From positions 16,579-80,578 of the forward strand of contig CAYRHN010000017.1 in NCBI GenBank assembly GCA_964424115.1: a stretch of DNA of 64,000 nt, in the 5' to 3' direction. The DNA comes from an uncultured Anaerolineaceae bacterium. GTDB lineage: Bacteria > Chloroflexota > Anaerolineae > Anaerolineales > Anaerolineaceae. The position numbers and the translations under genes were made by a program. Below the pieces are notes generated by a model. That model had not been told where the DNA came from, made no database searches, and saw only the letters and a program-made list of their open reading frames with translations. Positions 36,024 to 45,389 of the stretch are shown piece after piece; position 1 is the stretch's first letter; each line of letters begins with the position of its first letter.

Positions 36024-36433
36024 CTTTTCACCAGCCTGTTCCGTTGCATTTGGATTCAAACGATCCTCGCCGCGGTGCGTTTTAGCGGGGATAGGCTCTA
36101 TTATAGCGCGGAATGAGGGCGGGCGTCCCCGCGCTGCGGCAGCTTATTCTCCAATTTATTGATTTTTTTGGAAGAACGCCAATTAATGTCCACGGATACC
36201 CACGCAGGATCGTGGACCTGTGCGCCTGCGCGATGGAGGTGGCTGCCAAAAACTTAAGATCTTTTGTCGATCAGGTGGATGTGATAGATGGGATCGAGTT
36301 ATTAGAATGAGTATTGTAGATACAAGTACGGTTAGCTACTGGAAAAAGGAACGGACTAATATAGAAAACGTAAGAGTCACGAATGATTATTAGCCCTTCT
36401 AGTTTTCTAGCTCATTAATGGATTCGTCTTCAA

Positions 36434-39400
36434 TTAATTCGACCAATCAGGCCACCACTCAGAAGTAGCATTATTTGTAATCCTCGTTTGAGAAGTTCCA
36501 TCCTTCTTCATTTCGTAGACTTCCGAATTACCATCTCGATCCGAAGTGAAAACAATCCAATTTCCATCCGGCGACCACGATGGTGAGACATCATTGGATG
36601 TATTATTTGTGATTCTTTGTAACCCAGTTCCATCCACGTTAATCAAATAAATCTGAAATTTTCCATTAACTTTCATTGAGAAAGCAATCTGCTGTCCATT
36701 TGGCGACCAACCCATTGCCCCCCCAAATTCACCAACAAGCAATTGGTTACTTGTATTTGAATTCACATCATACAACATCAATGTTGTGCACGTAACGTAC
36801 GAAGCACAATAGATAATTTTGTCACCCAAAGGAGACCACTCGGAAAAATTGGCGTCGGATACAGAAGTTGGAAATTTATTGGATCCATTTTGATCCATGA
36901 TAACCAGGTCCCCACTGGTTCCGCCCAGATTAGCAATAAAAGCGATCTTTTGCCCATTAGGAGAGTAAGTTGGATTACTATCATCTCCTGAATAACCATT
37001 TGTTAAGTTTTCAATTTGAGTACCATCCGCTTTTACTTTGACTATATCCCAAACTGCGCATTCACCTGTCCCGCAAGATCGATACCCCGTTTTTGCCGAC
37101 AGAACTATAAATTGGTTGTCGGGAGACCAATGGGGATGAGCTTGCCCACTGTAAGTATAAAAAAGGCGCATCTGATTATTTCCATTAATATCCATTGTGT
37201 AAACGTTAGGATAGGAAACATAGGATATTTTTCCTTGTCCTCCTCCCGAGGGAGTGCTGGTTGGCGCTGGTGTAAAAGTCGGGGTTATCGTGGGTATCTG
37301 ATCAGTACTTCCCGAACCTCTCCCAATCAATGGCAAGAATATCGAAAATAAAGGGCGAGCGCCTATTCTTACACCGTTCACAATCGCGCCGCTGGAATTT
37401 CCTGCTCGATCAAACGCTGTCGCATAAAAGCTAGCTAAAGTTCCATCAGACAGCCCACTTCCATTCCAATTCAATCCCCACCCATTAGATCCATCTGCAT
37501 CAGTGCCAATCTCATGCCAATAATTTGCACCATCCTCATATCCAGCAAGGAATTTGACGCTAGTTACGCCCGAACCAGTATCTGATGCCGCGACAGCAAC
37601 AGACACAGTCTTGTCCTCATCAACTGATCCAGCAGCAGGCGATGTAAAAGATACAGAAGGAATTGAATTATCCAAGTTAACGGCAATCTCCCCGCCCGCA
37701 TTTGCTTTCGATCTCCCTGATTTATCGTACACATCTATTGCCAGTTTGATTTGCTGTCCGTTCAGCGCTGACCAATCCCAATTTTCAAATTGATAAGGAG
37801 GGGTATTATCGGTTCCCATATCCCGCCATTGACATCCTCCGACACAATGATAGACCTTAAACTTAACATAATTGACGCCACTCTTATCATCCCAAGCATC
37901 AGCCCAAATTGTTAGTGGGTTTTGATTTATGTAAGCATTATTGGCAGGGGCTGTAATTCTGCCATCCGGTTCTTCTAATTCCGGTTTGGGATATTCTTCT
38001 CCCCAAATATAGAGTTTTAGGTAGGCATTCCCTGTATTTTCGTAATATCTCACTTCAATCGTATGATACTTATTATCAAGCCACTTGTCTGTTTGTAAAC
38101 AACCACCACGATCCCACCATTCATCAATTTTCTTTTCCCCGTCAATTTCCAATACAACGCCGTCATCACTACATACACGGAAGAAATACTGACCACCATT
38201 AAAATATAGATTGCTGTAAATCTTAAAAGAGAATTGATCCGAGGGAAAACCTGAGTAAGGGGCTCCAGTGCCCCAATCTTTTTCAAACCCAATAAATGGG
38301 TAGGTCACATTGGTAACACCAGCAGGCCAATATTCATCGTGATTGACATAACCAGCCAACGATTTATTCATCCAGGCTTCTGCGTGCCATTGATTTACAG
38401 ATGGCAATCCTGCCCCTGAACAATCGTAATTTTTCGAGATATGCGGATTTGCATAATGCTCGCTGTATACCCATTTGTTACTTGAGTTATCCCATACCTC
38501 CATTCCAAGTTCAATATCCCCATTGGGAACACCAAAATTGCACATATCCCAATTTACACTGTAGGGTGAAGAACTATCCATTCCAATATCGTGCCACCCT
38601 CCGCTCCATTTAGCGCTGAAGCGCACTTCCCTAACCCCACTACCGCCAGAATTGTCTATGGCGTTTGCAGAGACATCGACCGTTCTGGATGTAATTGTTG
38701 CCCCGTTTGAAGGAGCAGTAAATGAACCCGATGGTGGAGTAGTATCCCCACCCACAGAACCAACTGTGAATGAGAAAGTTAGCAAGTCGCCGAATTTATT
38801 ACCAAACGAATCCGTCAATTGCCAATATGTATTATATGTGCCTGGTTGAGTGGGTAATTTCATCGAGATAAATATATTTGCTTCACTACCAGGGCTTACC
38901 CTTTGAGTCAGTTGATTGTCTCCATATACTTCAACGGTTGTGCCACTTGATTGGACGATTCCATATTCATACCCATATTCTGCCACACCATTATTCTTAA
39001 TTTTCCAACCTTTGGTTACCCACTGCCCTGGACCAAAGGTTAAATTTGATGAATAATTTAAGTGGGACAAGAATTGCGCACTATTGACCCCTGATGCAAT
39101 CGAGTTTTTATCGCCGGAATAATCCTCATCGCTTTCAGTTGGTGATTGAAAATCCTCCTCCTTCAATTTGGATGAATAGCCTGTTATCTCGATTCCGTAA
39201 ATAAATCCGCTTTTGATTTCCTCACCAGAATAGGTACGGTTTAATCCCTTTGGAGAGCCATCAGAATAATAATATAATTGTTTCCCAAATACATTAGGAT
39301 CAAATGCTAGAAACCTTGGCCCAAAGCTCCACACTTCCCCTTTTAATATAAGCCAATGCCCATCACGGGTTGGTGTGTATCTTCCATGCATCATGCCGTT

Positions 39401-39994
39401 GCTGGGGCGATCTTGATTATAAATCCAATAAGTATAAGCATCCACGTCACCGATTAATTTGTATGGTTTAATCTCGCCAACACATTTTCCTGGTTGCGGA
39501 CAGCTCGCTCCTCCAATAATATTCTGTTGGTAATAATCGTTCGAGGATGCGGAAATATTATTCCAATCCACTAAAACAATCACAATATTGTGCCGAACAG
39601 TGATCGCCCTCTCTAGTTCCAAGAAACTTGTTATTGCAGAATGTTGCACACCATATACATCAAGTGCATGTTCAAGTTCGGACGAATAAGTATTTCTATA
39701 CGCAGGAATACTCGCGGCAGCGCGAACTTCTTCTGGCCTAAGGGATGCATACTGACCAGACTTATATCTTACAGCCATCACCACGCTTGCTGGACCACAA
39801 TTATTAGCCTGACTCGTATCCCCATTCCCTTGTTTTTGGTAGATGGATGTAGGAACAGGAATATCATAACACCCCCCCGAAGAACTACACAAGAATTCAG
39901 TTTGTGCTTGGACTTGAAACGATAAATCCGCTAATAAAAGAATCCCAACAAAGAAGAAAATAACTGCGAGCAAGATGCCTTGGCTTTGTTTCAT
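36434..39994 (-). CDS. large secreted multidomain protein: peptidase C39-like N-domain, NBR1-FW-like domain, three Ig-like modules, a PA14 domain and a C-terminal TolB-type (PD40) beta-propeller
   Basis: It has a signal/TM segment (ILLAVIFFFVGILLLA) and the Cys-peptidase-like block NNCGPASVVMAVRY. The FW-like block is GQWVTKGWKIKNNG. PA14-like block: FSFKIYSNLYFNGGQYFFRVCSDDGVVLEIDG. Repeated Ig-like units are ..DNSGGSGVREVRF.., ..DDKSGVNYVKF.. and ..SDTGSGVTSVKF... PD40 repeats include SPDGNWIVFTSDRDGNSEVY. Confidence 0.8.
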   Translation of the reverse strand: MKQSQGILLAVIFFFVGILLLADLSFQVQAQTEFLCSSSGGCYDIPVPTSIYQKQGNGDTSQANNCGPASVVMAVRYKSGQYASLRPEEVRAAASIPAYRNTYSSELEHALDVYGVQHSAITSFLELERAITVRHNIVIVLVDWNNISASSNDYYQQNIIGGASCPQPGKCVGEIKPYKLIGDVDAYTYWIYNQDRPSNGMMHGRYTPTRDGHWLILKGEVWSFGPRFLAFDPNVFGKQLYYYSDGSPKGLNRTYSGEEIKSGFIYGIEITGYSSKLKEEDFQSPTESDEDYSGDKNSIASGVNSAQFLSHLNYSSNLTFGPGQWVTKGWKIKNNGVAEYGYEYGIVQSSGTTVEVYGDNQLTQRVSPGSEANIFISMKLPTQPGTYNTYWQLTDSFGNKFGDLLTFSFTVGSVGGDTTPPSGSFTAPSNGATITSRTVDVSANAIDNSGGSGVREVRFSAKWSGGWHDIGMDSSSPYSVNWDMCNFGVPNGDIELGMEVWDNSSNKWVYSEHYANPHISKNYDCSGAGLPSVNQWHAEAWMNKSLAGYVNHDEYWPAGVTNVTYPFIGFEKDWGTGAPYSGFPSDQFSFKIYSNLYFNGGQYFFRVCSDDGVVLEIDGEKKIDEWWDRGGCLQTDKWLDNKYHTIEVRYYENTGNAYLKLYIWGEEYPKPELEEPDGRITAPANNAYINQNPLTIWADAWDDKSGVNYVKFKVYHCVGGCQWRDMGTDNTPPYQFENWDWSALNGQQIKLAIDVYDKSGRSKANAGGEIAVNLDNSIPSVSFTSPAAGSVDEDKTVSVAVAASDTGSGVTSVKFLAGYEDGANYWHEIGTDADGSNGWGLNWNGSGLSDGTLASFYATAFDRAGNSSGAIVNGVRIGARPLFSIFLPLIGRGSGSTDQIPTITPTFTPAPTSTPSGGGQGKISYVSYPNVYTMDINGNNQMRLFYTYSGQAHPHWSPDNQFIVLSAKTGYRSCGTGECAVWDIVKVKADGTQIENLTNGYSGDDSNPTYSPNGQKIAFIANLGGTSGDLVIMDQNGSNKFPTSVSDANFSEWSPLGDKIIYCASYVTCTTLMLYDVNSNTSNQLLVGEFGGAMGWSPNGQQIAFSMKVNGKFQIYLINVDGTGLQRITNNTSNDVSPSWSPDGNWIVFTSDRDGNSEVYEMKKDGTSQTRITNNATSEWWPDWSN

Positions 39995-40445
39995 TATTAC
40001 GAGCTCCTTATTGCTTCATTATGACCTAGGGTATTACCTCTTTGATATTGTTGCGTGATTCCTCATTGCAATTTCGCCCAATGGTTTTCAACTGCGTGCA
40101 TATGGACATCACAAACCGGGTATTGATAACCATACAGGTGCCAAAATTTTCGCTATGATCAATCTTTCTTCATATCATGGTTGGGTTTCAATGTTGTTTT
40201 TCTACACAAGGGATTGTGTACTTGTACACTTCCCCCTGGTTGATTAAATTATAGCAGGTCTTTCTGAGCATGTCTATCCATCAAGCTACTATGAATTTAT
40301 TTCCTAAATATTCATCTTAGTTGCAATTATTAATAAACTCACCCCTTCTGGGCTCCACCTAAAAATCATCGAAATACCCCTCTTTTTTCTATTCCCCCCT
40401 AAAAAATGGTGGTAAAACGGATCTCCTATACAGAGTACTTCTCCT

Positions 40446-40836
40446 TAGTTACACAAAATAAATTCGGTTTTTCCAAGTTTTTTGGATTCTCCATATATGT
40501 ATCAAATCTTAAAAAATTCTCACGGTTTGTGGCACGCTTTTTCAAGATGAGAATTTTTCTCTTAATTAATTCGTGTATCAGTCGTTTTTAACCCCGAATA
40601 AGGGGGAAACGGGCAAAAACGGCGTTAAAACAAGGATTTTTTCTCAAGATAACGGATCAAAATCCCAAAATTCTCATTTTGGATTGGCATTCCTAGCTCC
40701 GCGTGATGGGAAATCCAATGTAACTACGGACACTTTTTCGCCTAGACCAGTGCTTTGTGGACAGATTTATCCCATTTGGATGCTGGAATGATACTGTAAC
40801 TGTGGAAAAAGGATACGAATCCATTGTAACTATGTA
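40446..40836. repeat. cluster of TGTAACTA-core short repeats in a 1-kb non-coding AT-rich region (candidate transposase- or protein-binding sites)
   Basis: The direct copies aatccaatgtaactacgga (40712-40730) and aatccattgtaactatgta (40818-40836) are present. A third direct core, tgtaactgtgg, lies at 40795. An inverted copy, tagttaca, lies at 40446-40453 (tgtaactaagga on the minus strand). Confidence 0.5.
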
Positions 40837-41053
40837 AAAGTTCCTTAAAGAATGTCCAAAATGCGTGGATTCGCAAAAAGATGCCCCAATTTCGCGTCAA
40901 ATTGTGTTCAAAATTTCGCTTGTCAGGCCAATCAGGCTGTTGTAGACTTATCATACTAAGTCGCGAGATGCCCCCCTCATCCCGCGGCTTGGTGTTTAAT
41001 TACACCCATATCGTGTGATCCACCACAATATAGTAACAATTATCTTAACTTCA

Positions 41054-42646
41054 CTATTGGCTATAATAACGCAAGTGTAATCCACAATAACCTATCTCAA
41101 TCTTTTCCTTTCCTTCATTGGGCTCAAAATAAATCTGAACACAATTTGTTCTATCCCCACCACCTAGCGTTAGATGTCTTAGCATTTGTTTTCTTTCGCC
41201 TTTATGAGAGAATCTCCTCTCGTTTCCATACAAGTTGATGGTCATCTCACTTTCAGTTGGTGCATATTTAAATCCCTTCGACGCAAAAAATTGCTCCCAC
41301 GCTCCAATAGACTCGCCTGTTTTTAATGATTTAAAATATTTTTCTCCAAGTTCGTATATGGCTTTTATTGCTTCAAAGATTTCCTTTGGACGAGCAAAGC
41401 CGGATCTCGCCGCAGACTCTCGCGCACTCTCCCAGATTATTAGATACTCTCCAAATAACTCATTAGCTTTGTTTATAGCATCCAAAACAGATGCAAATTC
41501 AGAAACAACTTCTCTAATTTCTTCTGATTGAACCGGCTCCATTTCTCCGTGATAAGCGCTCAGAAGCAGATAATTCTCTCTATGATTTGCGATTTCACTT
41601 TCAAGTTCTTGAATTCTCGCCGTTTTTGCTCTCAATTCAATTTGAAGCTGTTCATTTTCATCCAAGGCCTTCTCAAATTCTGGAAAGAATTCATCAATCG
41701 TAATTCTTTTTTCTTGGAGTTCTTGTCGAATACGTGCCACTTCCTCAAAACGTTTATTTTGTAAGTGTTGAAGTACCTTCTTGGTTAGTTTGCCTTCAGC
41801 GTATCTTAGAGCAGCAATGCTTGCAAGCAATCTAAACAAATGTGTTTCAATGTATAAACCTTCGTTTTGGTAACTCAGCATCTTATCTTGTAAGAATAAT
41901 TGATGGAAGAATGGATTTGCTGTTTTTGTAAATCCCGACCAATAAATTCTAATTGCTCCGTTATAACAAGATAATTGCTTTCCTAGAATCCCTGTCAATT
42001 CAAAACCAGCATCCTTATCAATCACAACTACTCTTGCAAATCCCAATAACTTCTTCTGCAACGCTACTGGATCCACAAATGTGAGGTTTGTCCAGGCGTC
42101 TCGAGATAGGAGAATAACTGGAAGGACTCTATTTGCATTCTCCAACACTTCGCTTACAAACAGACCAACTTCGCCCGCATAAATTTCTTGATATGAAACA
42201 GGTATCTTTTCGGTAGAAATTTTACTGCAATACCGAGTTAGTATTTCTTCAATTATTCTGGGTTTTCCAACGTTATAACCAATGATCGGTTTAACAACGA
42301 ATTGAGCAGATTCAATTCTTATTACAATCGATGCTTCAATTTTCTCGTTGTCTGCGCTAAACGAACAAGTAGTTTTCCAATATAAAGATTGATCTTGATC
42401 ATCTGGATGTGTCCACTCAAAGAAAACATACAGAAAATCATCCGATTCCTGTTTAGATATAACAATCATGTGCTGAGATAGGGGCGAGAATGATTTGTCT
42501 TGAAAACCCAAAACAAGATCGGTGTTCCAAGTCAATCTATATTTTTTCTGCACCCAATCGGTTATTAAATTTTGGATTTCGCCTAAACATATTCTCGTAT
42601 TGACTGAGGGATATATATCAAATTGGAGAGCATATACAGTTTTCAT
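41054..42646 (-). CDS. large protein of unknown function with a central coiled coil; fourth gene of the DGQHR/methyltransferase cluster
   Basis: The ATG at 42646 is preceded by AAGGTGGA. The central heptad-like region is RIRQELQEKRITIDEFFPEFEKALDENEQLQIELRAKTARIQELESEIANHRE. C-terminal block: RFSHKGERKQMLRHLTLGGGDRTNCVQIYFEPNEGKEKIEIGYCGLHL. Confidence 0.7.
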   Translation of the reverse strand: MKTVYALQFDIYPSVNTRICLGEIQNLITDWVQKKYRLTWNTDLVLGFQDKSFSPLSQHMIVISKQESDDFLYVFFEWTHPDDQDQSLYWKTTCSFSADNEKIEASIVIRIESAQFVVKPIIGYNVGKPRIIEEILTRYCSKISTEKIPVSYQEIYAGEVGLFVSEVLENANRVLPVILLSRDAWTNLTFVDPVALQKKLLGFARVVVIDKDAGFELTGILGKQLSCYNGAIRIYWSGFTKTANPFFHQLFLQDKMLSYQNEGLYIETHLFRLLASIAALRYAEGKLTKKVLQHLQNKRFEEVARIRQELQEKRITIDEFFPEFEKALDENEQLQIELRAKTARIQELESEIANHRENYLLLSAYHGEMEPVQSEEIREVVSEFASVLDAINKANELFGEYLIIWESARESAARSGFARPKEIFEAIKAIYELGEKYFKSLKTGESIGAWEQFFASKGFKYAPTESEMTINLYGNERRFSHKGERKQMLRHLTLGGGDRTNCVQIYFEPNEGKEKIEIGYCGLHLRYYSQ

Positions 42647-42900
42647 TTTCCACCTTGAGCACATAATTTAATCGGACTGTTAGAGCCATAATTTGTTGCG
42701 GGTATTAAGAGATATTACCACTCCAGCTATTTTCAAACTCATGAAGGAATTAATTCTAGTGTACAGGAATTATTTCTATCTGTCAAAAAATTGAGACGGA
42801 ATTCCTGTATTTTGATAAATTCCGGTTATAAAACAATCCCAATTAAAAATTTTTGAGATCAGATGAGAAAACCATGTATTACTTGATTTAATCAAATTCA

Positions 42901-44043
42901 TCATTTCCTTGGTTTCAGCAACAAAACCAATTCAACCGACTTGTTTCTAGCGTTTCGAATTTCATTGTTCCCACCCAATGTGCTAAACTGACCTTCAATC
43001 GTATTTCTATCTTCCACAAAAAACCATTCGGAAGCGATCGTTTTTATGTAATCCCCCGACAATCCATTGCTCGAATTACCAGATGGAAATGTAAAAATGA
43101 TGGTTGAACCTTGCCCTGCAATATTCTTAAGGAGTGATTCAAGAGCGGTCTTAGCTTGACCTACATTACTGAATTCTGATTGTGGCCTGTCCTCTAAGGG
43201 TGGATATCTTCCAACTCCAAAAACCGAGATCGATTTGTGGCATTGTGCCATTGTTTCAAGTACATGGTAAAAGCGGCTGTATTGAACAGAAGAATAAGGA
43301 GGATCGATAAAAACCAAGTCTTTTGAGGTCAATTGAGGAGTCACATTTTCCGCATTATCTGTTATTACCGAGCCCTTTACTTTAGCGAATTTTTGACACA
43401 AGAATTTCAAATTTGTTTTACAATGTTCCAAAGGGTCTTGTTGCCAAGACTCAAGTATGAATTTTCCAGCTCTTTCAGTCGGTTGAAAAGGCTGAGCTGT
43501 ATGTCCCGGTGATGCTACACATTCACTTGCTGCGGAGATACATGCTGCAAGGCATACAACCTTCTCTTCATACACATTCGGAAGATTATCCAATAAATAG
43601 TCGAATGTTAGCGCCTGTGTTGGGCTAAAGTAATGCCCTCCATATGCATTCCAAATTGGTCCAATATCCGATTTGTTCGCACATAGTTCTCTCGCTTCCT
43701 GAACATAAGAACCCACGTTTAAATTTTGGTTTGAGAGATGTCTAGCTTTCCTCCACAAGTAAGACCTGTTCCGCTCTTTTTGAGCCTTTTCCACCCAATT
43801 AATCGCAATTTTCTTCGCGTCAAGCAACTTCGTGCGCGATATAACGGCTTCCACAAGAATGGTTGAATATCTTTGTAAATCAACTGCAATTACAGGTCTT
43901 TCAATCCTTTCGGCGACAAACCACGAGACAAAACCACCCCCTGCAAAAAGATCTACAAATCTATCAAACAAAATAGATTGTTCTAATAGTAAATCCCCCA
44001 ATCCATTCTTAAGCATGGATCGCTTGGAACCCATATATTTCAT
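42901..44043 (-). CDS. N6-adenine DNA methyltransferase, Dam/D12 class, with a C-terminal extension
   Basis: KYMGSKRSML matches the Dam-type Y-x-G-S/N-K block. FAGGGFV is the SAM-binding FxGxG motif. FIDPPYSSVQYSRFYH carries the catalytic DPPY. Its ATG overlaps the stop of the upstream gene (ATGA at 44040-44043). Confidence 0.85.
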   Translation of the reverse strand: MKYMGSKRSMLKNGLGDLLLEQSILFDRFVDLFAGGGFVSWFVAERIERPVIAVDLQRYSTILVEAVISRTKLLDAKKIAINWVEKAQKERNRSYLWRKARHLSNQNLNVGSYVQEARELCANKSDIGPIWNAYGGHYFSPTQALTFDYLLDNLPNVYEEKVVCLAACISAASECVASPGHTAQPFQPTERAGKFILESWQQDPLEHCKTNLKFLCQKFAKVKGSVITDNAENVTPQLTSKDLVFIDPPYSSVQYSRFYHVLETMAQCHKSISVFGVGRYPPLEDRPQSEFSNVGQAKTALESLLKNIAGQGSTIIFTFPSGNSSNGLSGDYIKTIASEWFFVEDRNTIEGQFSTLGGNNEIRNARNKSVELVLLLKPRK

Positions 44044-45386
44044 GGGATCAATCCCCATAAACCGATTCTCTCACAACCTTCAAGAATTCTGAGTGAAGTA
44101 TTTTGGGTTTTAATTAGCCCAGAATAACTTGGTCGGCTCACTCTAGACATCCACGCATCCATCTTATTTATTGCATTATCAACTTCATCCCATAGAGATA
44201 CTATGTCGCCAGAATTTGTGCCAGGCTTATTTCTTTCATTCCAGAGCCCTTTTTCAATTCCCAGATTGTTCCACCAAAATTGAAGATCTGATGATGAATA
44301 TGAGGAATTGTTGATCAACTGAAAACAAACACCTGTAGCTATTCTCAATAGTAATGTTGCTCTTGAAATGACTTCTAAATGATGCTGGGGATCAGTAAAC
44401 GATCTTCTTTTTTCAGCTTCAGTTAGTATAAATGGATCCGGATAATTATTGTTTACAAAGAAATCTTGCCAACTATTTTTCATCAAATTAGTGAAGGAAA
44501 ATTTGTTTAGCATCCTTGAAATACGATCATCATACGAAAGTTGTACGCCATTAACATCTACCAATGGGATATCTAGATTAATCTTCTTTAAACTTTTCCT
44601 TATCAAGTATCGATCTAGTTGATTAAATCTGGTTGCGTGAAAAGGATTTAACGTACTCCAAAAATTGGAAATAAAACGACCACTATCTAACGCGGTAACA
44701 TTAGCTAGCTGAGTAATGTGGGAAGGTCTGTAACTAACAATATTCCTGGCATCTCTATCGGTGATAAGTATATTCAAGTCTAAACCACAAGTTGATAACC
44801 AGTAAGAGGCCAAGGATGATAAAATCCCGCTTGCTGAATATTCTGTTAACCAATCTTTTAATGGATAATGGTCGATTTTAATAATTTCACCGATAATATT
44901 TGCAGCTTGCGGAGTAGCAGCCCAATTTTCCAAAGCTAACCATGTAAATGGATGTGTACTAACACCTTGTAATTCTTGCGCATGCTGATTTTGATCTATT
45001 ACAACATGAGAATTATTAAAAACGCCTATCCCCCCCGAAGCAAGCAATGACATAGCTGCTCTTAATTCAGCATAATATGCTAAGTGCCGAGCTGTATTTG
45101 GATCACCTCGCATGATGCAATGCAATGCTCTCCCCAAGAAGCTCCATCCATCCATACAATGGGTGGGTATGGATGCTGCAATATAATTACAAAGGTCTAA
45201 ATCAATAATACAGCTATTTTTAAAATGGTCTTCAATCGTTTTGGTTGTGTTTACTAAATAAGCATTAGTATGCAACCATTCTCCATAAGAAAAATTGGAG
45301 TATAAAGATTGAAAAATATTAGCAATGGCCGAACTCGAAGCCATTGATAATTTGTTTTTCTGTTGGAGGGTTAATGTCGGCGGCAT
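44040..45386 (-). CDS. protein of unknown function, translationally coupled between the DGQHR and methyltransferase genes
   Basis: 448 aa with coherent AT-rich codon usage. Its start lies 3 nt after the DGQHR stop, and its stop overlaps the MTase ATG. No catalytic motif was recognised. Confidence 0.65.
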   Translation of the reverse strand: MPPTLTLQQKNKLSMASSSAIANIFQSLYSNFSYGEWLHTNAYLVNTTKTIEDHFKNSCIIDLDLCNYIAASIPTHCMDGWSFLGRALHCIMRGDPNTARHLAYYAELRAAMSLLASGGIGVFNNSHVVIDQNQHAQELQGVSTHPFTWLALENWAATPQAANIIGEIIKIDHYPLKDWLTEYSASGILSSLASYWLSTCGLDLNILITDRDARNIVSYRPSHITQLANVTALDSGRFISNFWSTLNPFHATRFNQLDRYLIRKSLKKINLDIPLVDVNGVQLSYDDRISRMLNKFSFTNLMKNSWQDFFVNNNYPDPFILTEAEKRRSFTDPQHHLEVISRATLLLRIATGVCFQLINNSSYSSSDLQFWWNNLGIEKGLWNERNKPGTNSGDIVSLWDEVDNAINKMDAWMSRVSRPSYSGLIKTQNTSLRILEGCERIGLWGLIP

Positions 45387-45389
45387 AAT

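Noticed and set aside
36113-36310. 65-aa plus-strand ORF at the island boundary
   Set aside because: It straddles the composition break, has no RBS or motif, and is most likely non-coding junction sequence.
36060-36433. tRNA or tmRNA gene as the integration site at the island boundary
   Set aside because: No cloverleaf-compatible sequence or GGTTCGAATCC-type T-arm was seen here or elsewhere in the window.
40566-40640. CRISPR-repeat-like hairpin sequence gtcgtttttaaccccgaataagggggaaac near Tn7-like genes (possible CAST array)
   Set aside because: Only a single copy is present, with no repeat-spacer periodicity. No cas genes occur anywhere in the window.
40406-40954. Three 60-72-aa ORFs in the AT-rich non-coding kilobase
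   Set aside because: They are Phe/Lys/Asn-rich translations typical of random AT-rich DNA, with no RBS, and they overlap the repeat cluster.
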